This document shows positions 62,897 to 64,000 of a stretch of 64,000 bases of DNA, one piece after another. Below the pieces are notes generated by a model. The model was not told where the DNA came from. It did not search any database and saw nothing but the letters and a program-made list of their open reading frames with translations. Each line of letters starts with the position of its first letter. The stretch's first letter is position 1. The stretch is from Dicyema japonicum. Its lineage: Eukaryota; Animalia; Dicyemida. The stretch covers positions 62,001-126,000 of the forward strand of contig RDEW01000033.1 of assembly GCA_011109175.1 (NCBI GenBank), given 5' to 3'. The position numbers and the translations under genes are program-made.

Positions 62897-64000
62897 GTGA
62901 AAGACAAACCCAAAACAGCGTTTAGAGTGGAATCGACAGATCATTGTTTGACAGTTGAACTCTCGGCTATAGACAAGAGCATGGGGAGTATTAAACTTGC
63001 AAACCTGTTATGTGGATTGAAATTACTGAAAAACACCAGAGTGACTGGAAAAGGCCTCGGGATTTTCCGATTGGAGTTTAAAGAAGAGTCAGATAAAATC
63101 TCATTCGTTGAAGAGACTAATCTATTTTCTCCTTTCGGGAAAGGAAACCACAAGGTGATCGAAAGAGGCTTTCGGAAATTGTTCTAAAGAATGTGCCAAT
63201 ATGGAATGAGGAAAACGAACTTATGGTTTACATGAAGAAACTTTCTCCAACCACTGAGTCGGTGAAACGTATTGTAGGGAACGGAGGAAAACTCTCTGTT
63301 GTGAAGATGAGCTTAAAGTCAATGGCAGAAGCTACGTCCTTGATACGCCTGGGTCTTATCATTAAATGGATGGAAATCGATTGTGAGTGGGCCAGAAGAC
63401 CACCCAAGATGTTTTAATTGTCAATATTTCGGACACATTGCAATGGGGCAAAGAGATGTTTCTTATGTGGAGGAGCACATAGTTCACTCGGAGTGCCCAG
63501 AAGCGAACAATAGAAGATCCTGTATCAACTGCGGGTCTGGTGATCACGGAACGAGTTATGGTGGTTGTCCGGTTGCCAGGGAAGCCGTGGCCTTCCACAG
63601 GAAGTGGAACCGAATGTCATGGGTTAGGAACATGGAGGAGAGGAAAAAATCCTCCTCCGTCACATTACCTAGATACGAAGTCTAGTGAAAACAAGCAGGA
63701 CGCAATAATCAAAAATCGACCTCTAAAATACGATGTTATGAATCCAACACAGAAAAAGCCAATTGTGGATAAAGAATACCTGGAGGAGAAGCTAAAAAGT
63801 CTGCTGGGAATCTATTTTGGGAGCATCTGAAAGACAATCGAGAGAACTTACATATGTGATTAACCGTCTAAATGAAAAGTGTGATAAGGTAAACTTGGAT
63901 TTACTGCAAGTGGTGGCTCTGGTCCTGAAGAGATCATGCCGCCAAGACCAGTGAACCAAAACATAAGGATCATGCTCGTGAATGCCCGATCAATCTTGAG
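62897..64000 (+). mobile_element. LINE ORF1 with three CCHC knuckles and start of ORF2 (APE), truncated by window end
   Basis: CFNCQYFGH, CFLCGGAH, CINCGSGDH..GC knuckles across frameshifts, then NIRIMLVNARSIL at the window end. Confidence 0.85.

Overview
Eukaryotic (metazoan) nuclear DNA with AT-rich spacers and extremely short spliceosomal introns (mostly 22-27 nt). Animal-type genes plus ciliary genes (ANKEF1, EFCAB5) best fit a dicyemid mesozoan; this is an inference, not a database result. Positions 1 to ~49.5 kb hold 11 recognisable host genes: FARP-like, EFCAB5, DRG2, WDR18, SLC46-like, DDX23, PSME3-like, EXOSC5, ANKEF1, CLEC16A and a DOCK-D GEF. They are interleaved with decayed transposons. 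From ~49.5 to 64 kb there are no recognisable host genes, only a patchwork of LINE relics (CRE, RTE, Jockey/I-group) and one cleanly bounded hAT element. About 15 fragments of CRE-clade (RT + restriction-like endonuclease) retrotransposons are the dominant repeat. The least explained signals are: (1) a ~120-bp repeat present twice that folds with HDV-ribozyme-like nested pseudoknot topology; (2) a second repeat present twice, with a Pol III B-box followed by a cloverleaf-like fold kept by compensatory changes; (3) splice-acceptor-like AGs immediately before several start codons (possible trans-splicing). The ORF track is fragmented by introns, so gene models were assembled by eye. TE boundaries and some gene ends are approximate. 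No CRISPR array, rRNA or canonical tRNA was found.
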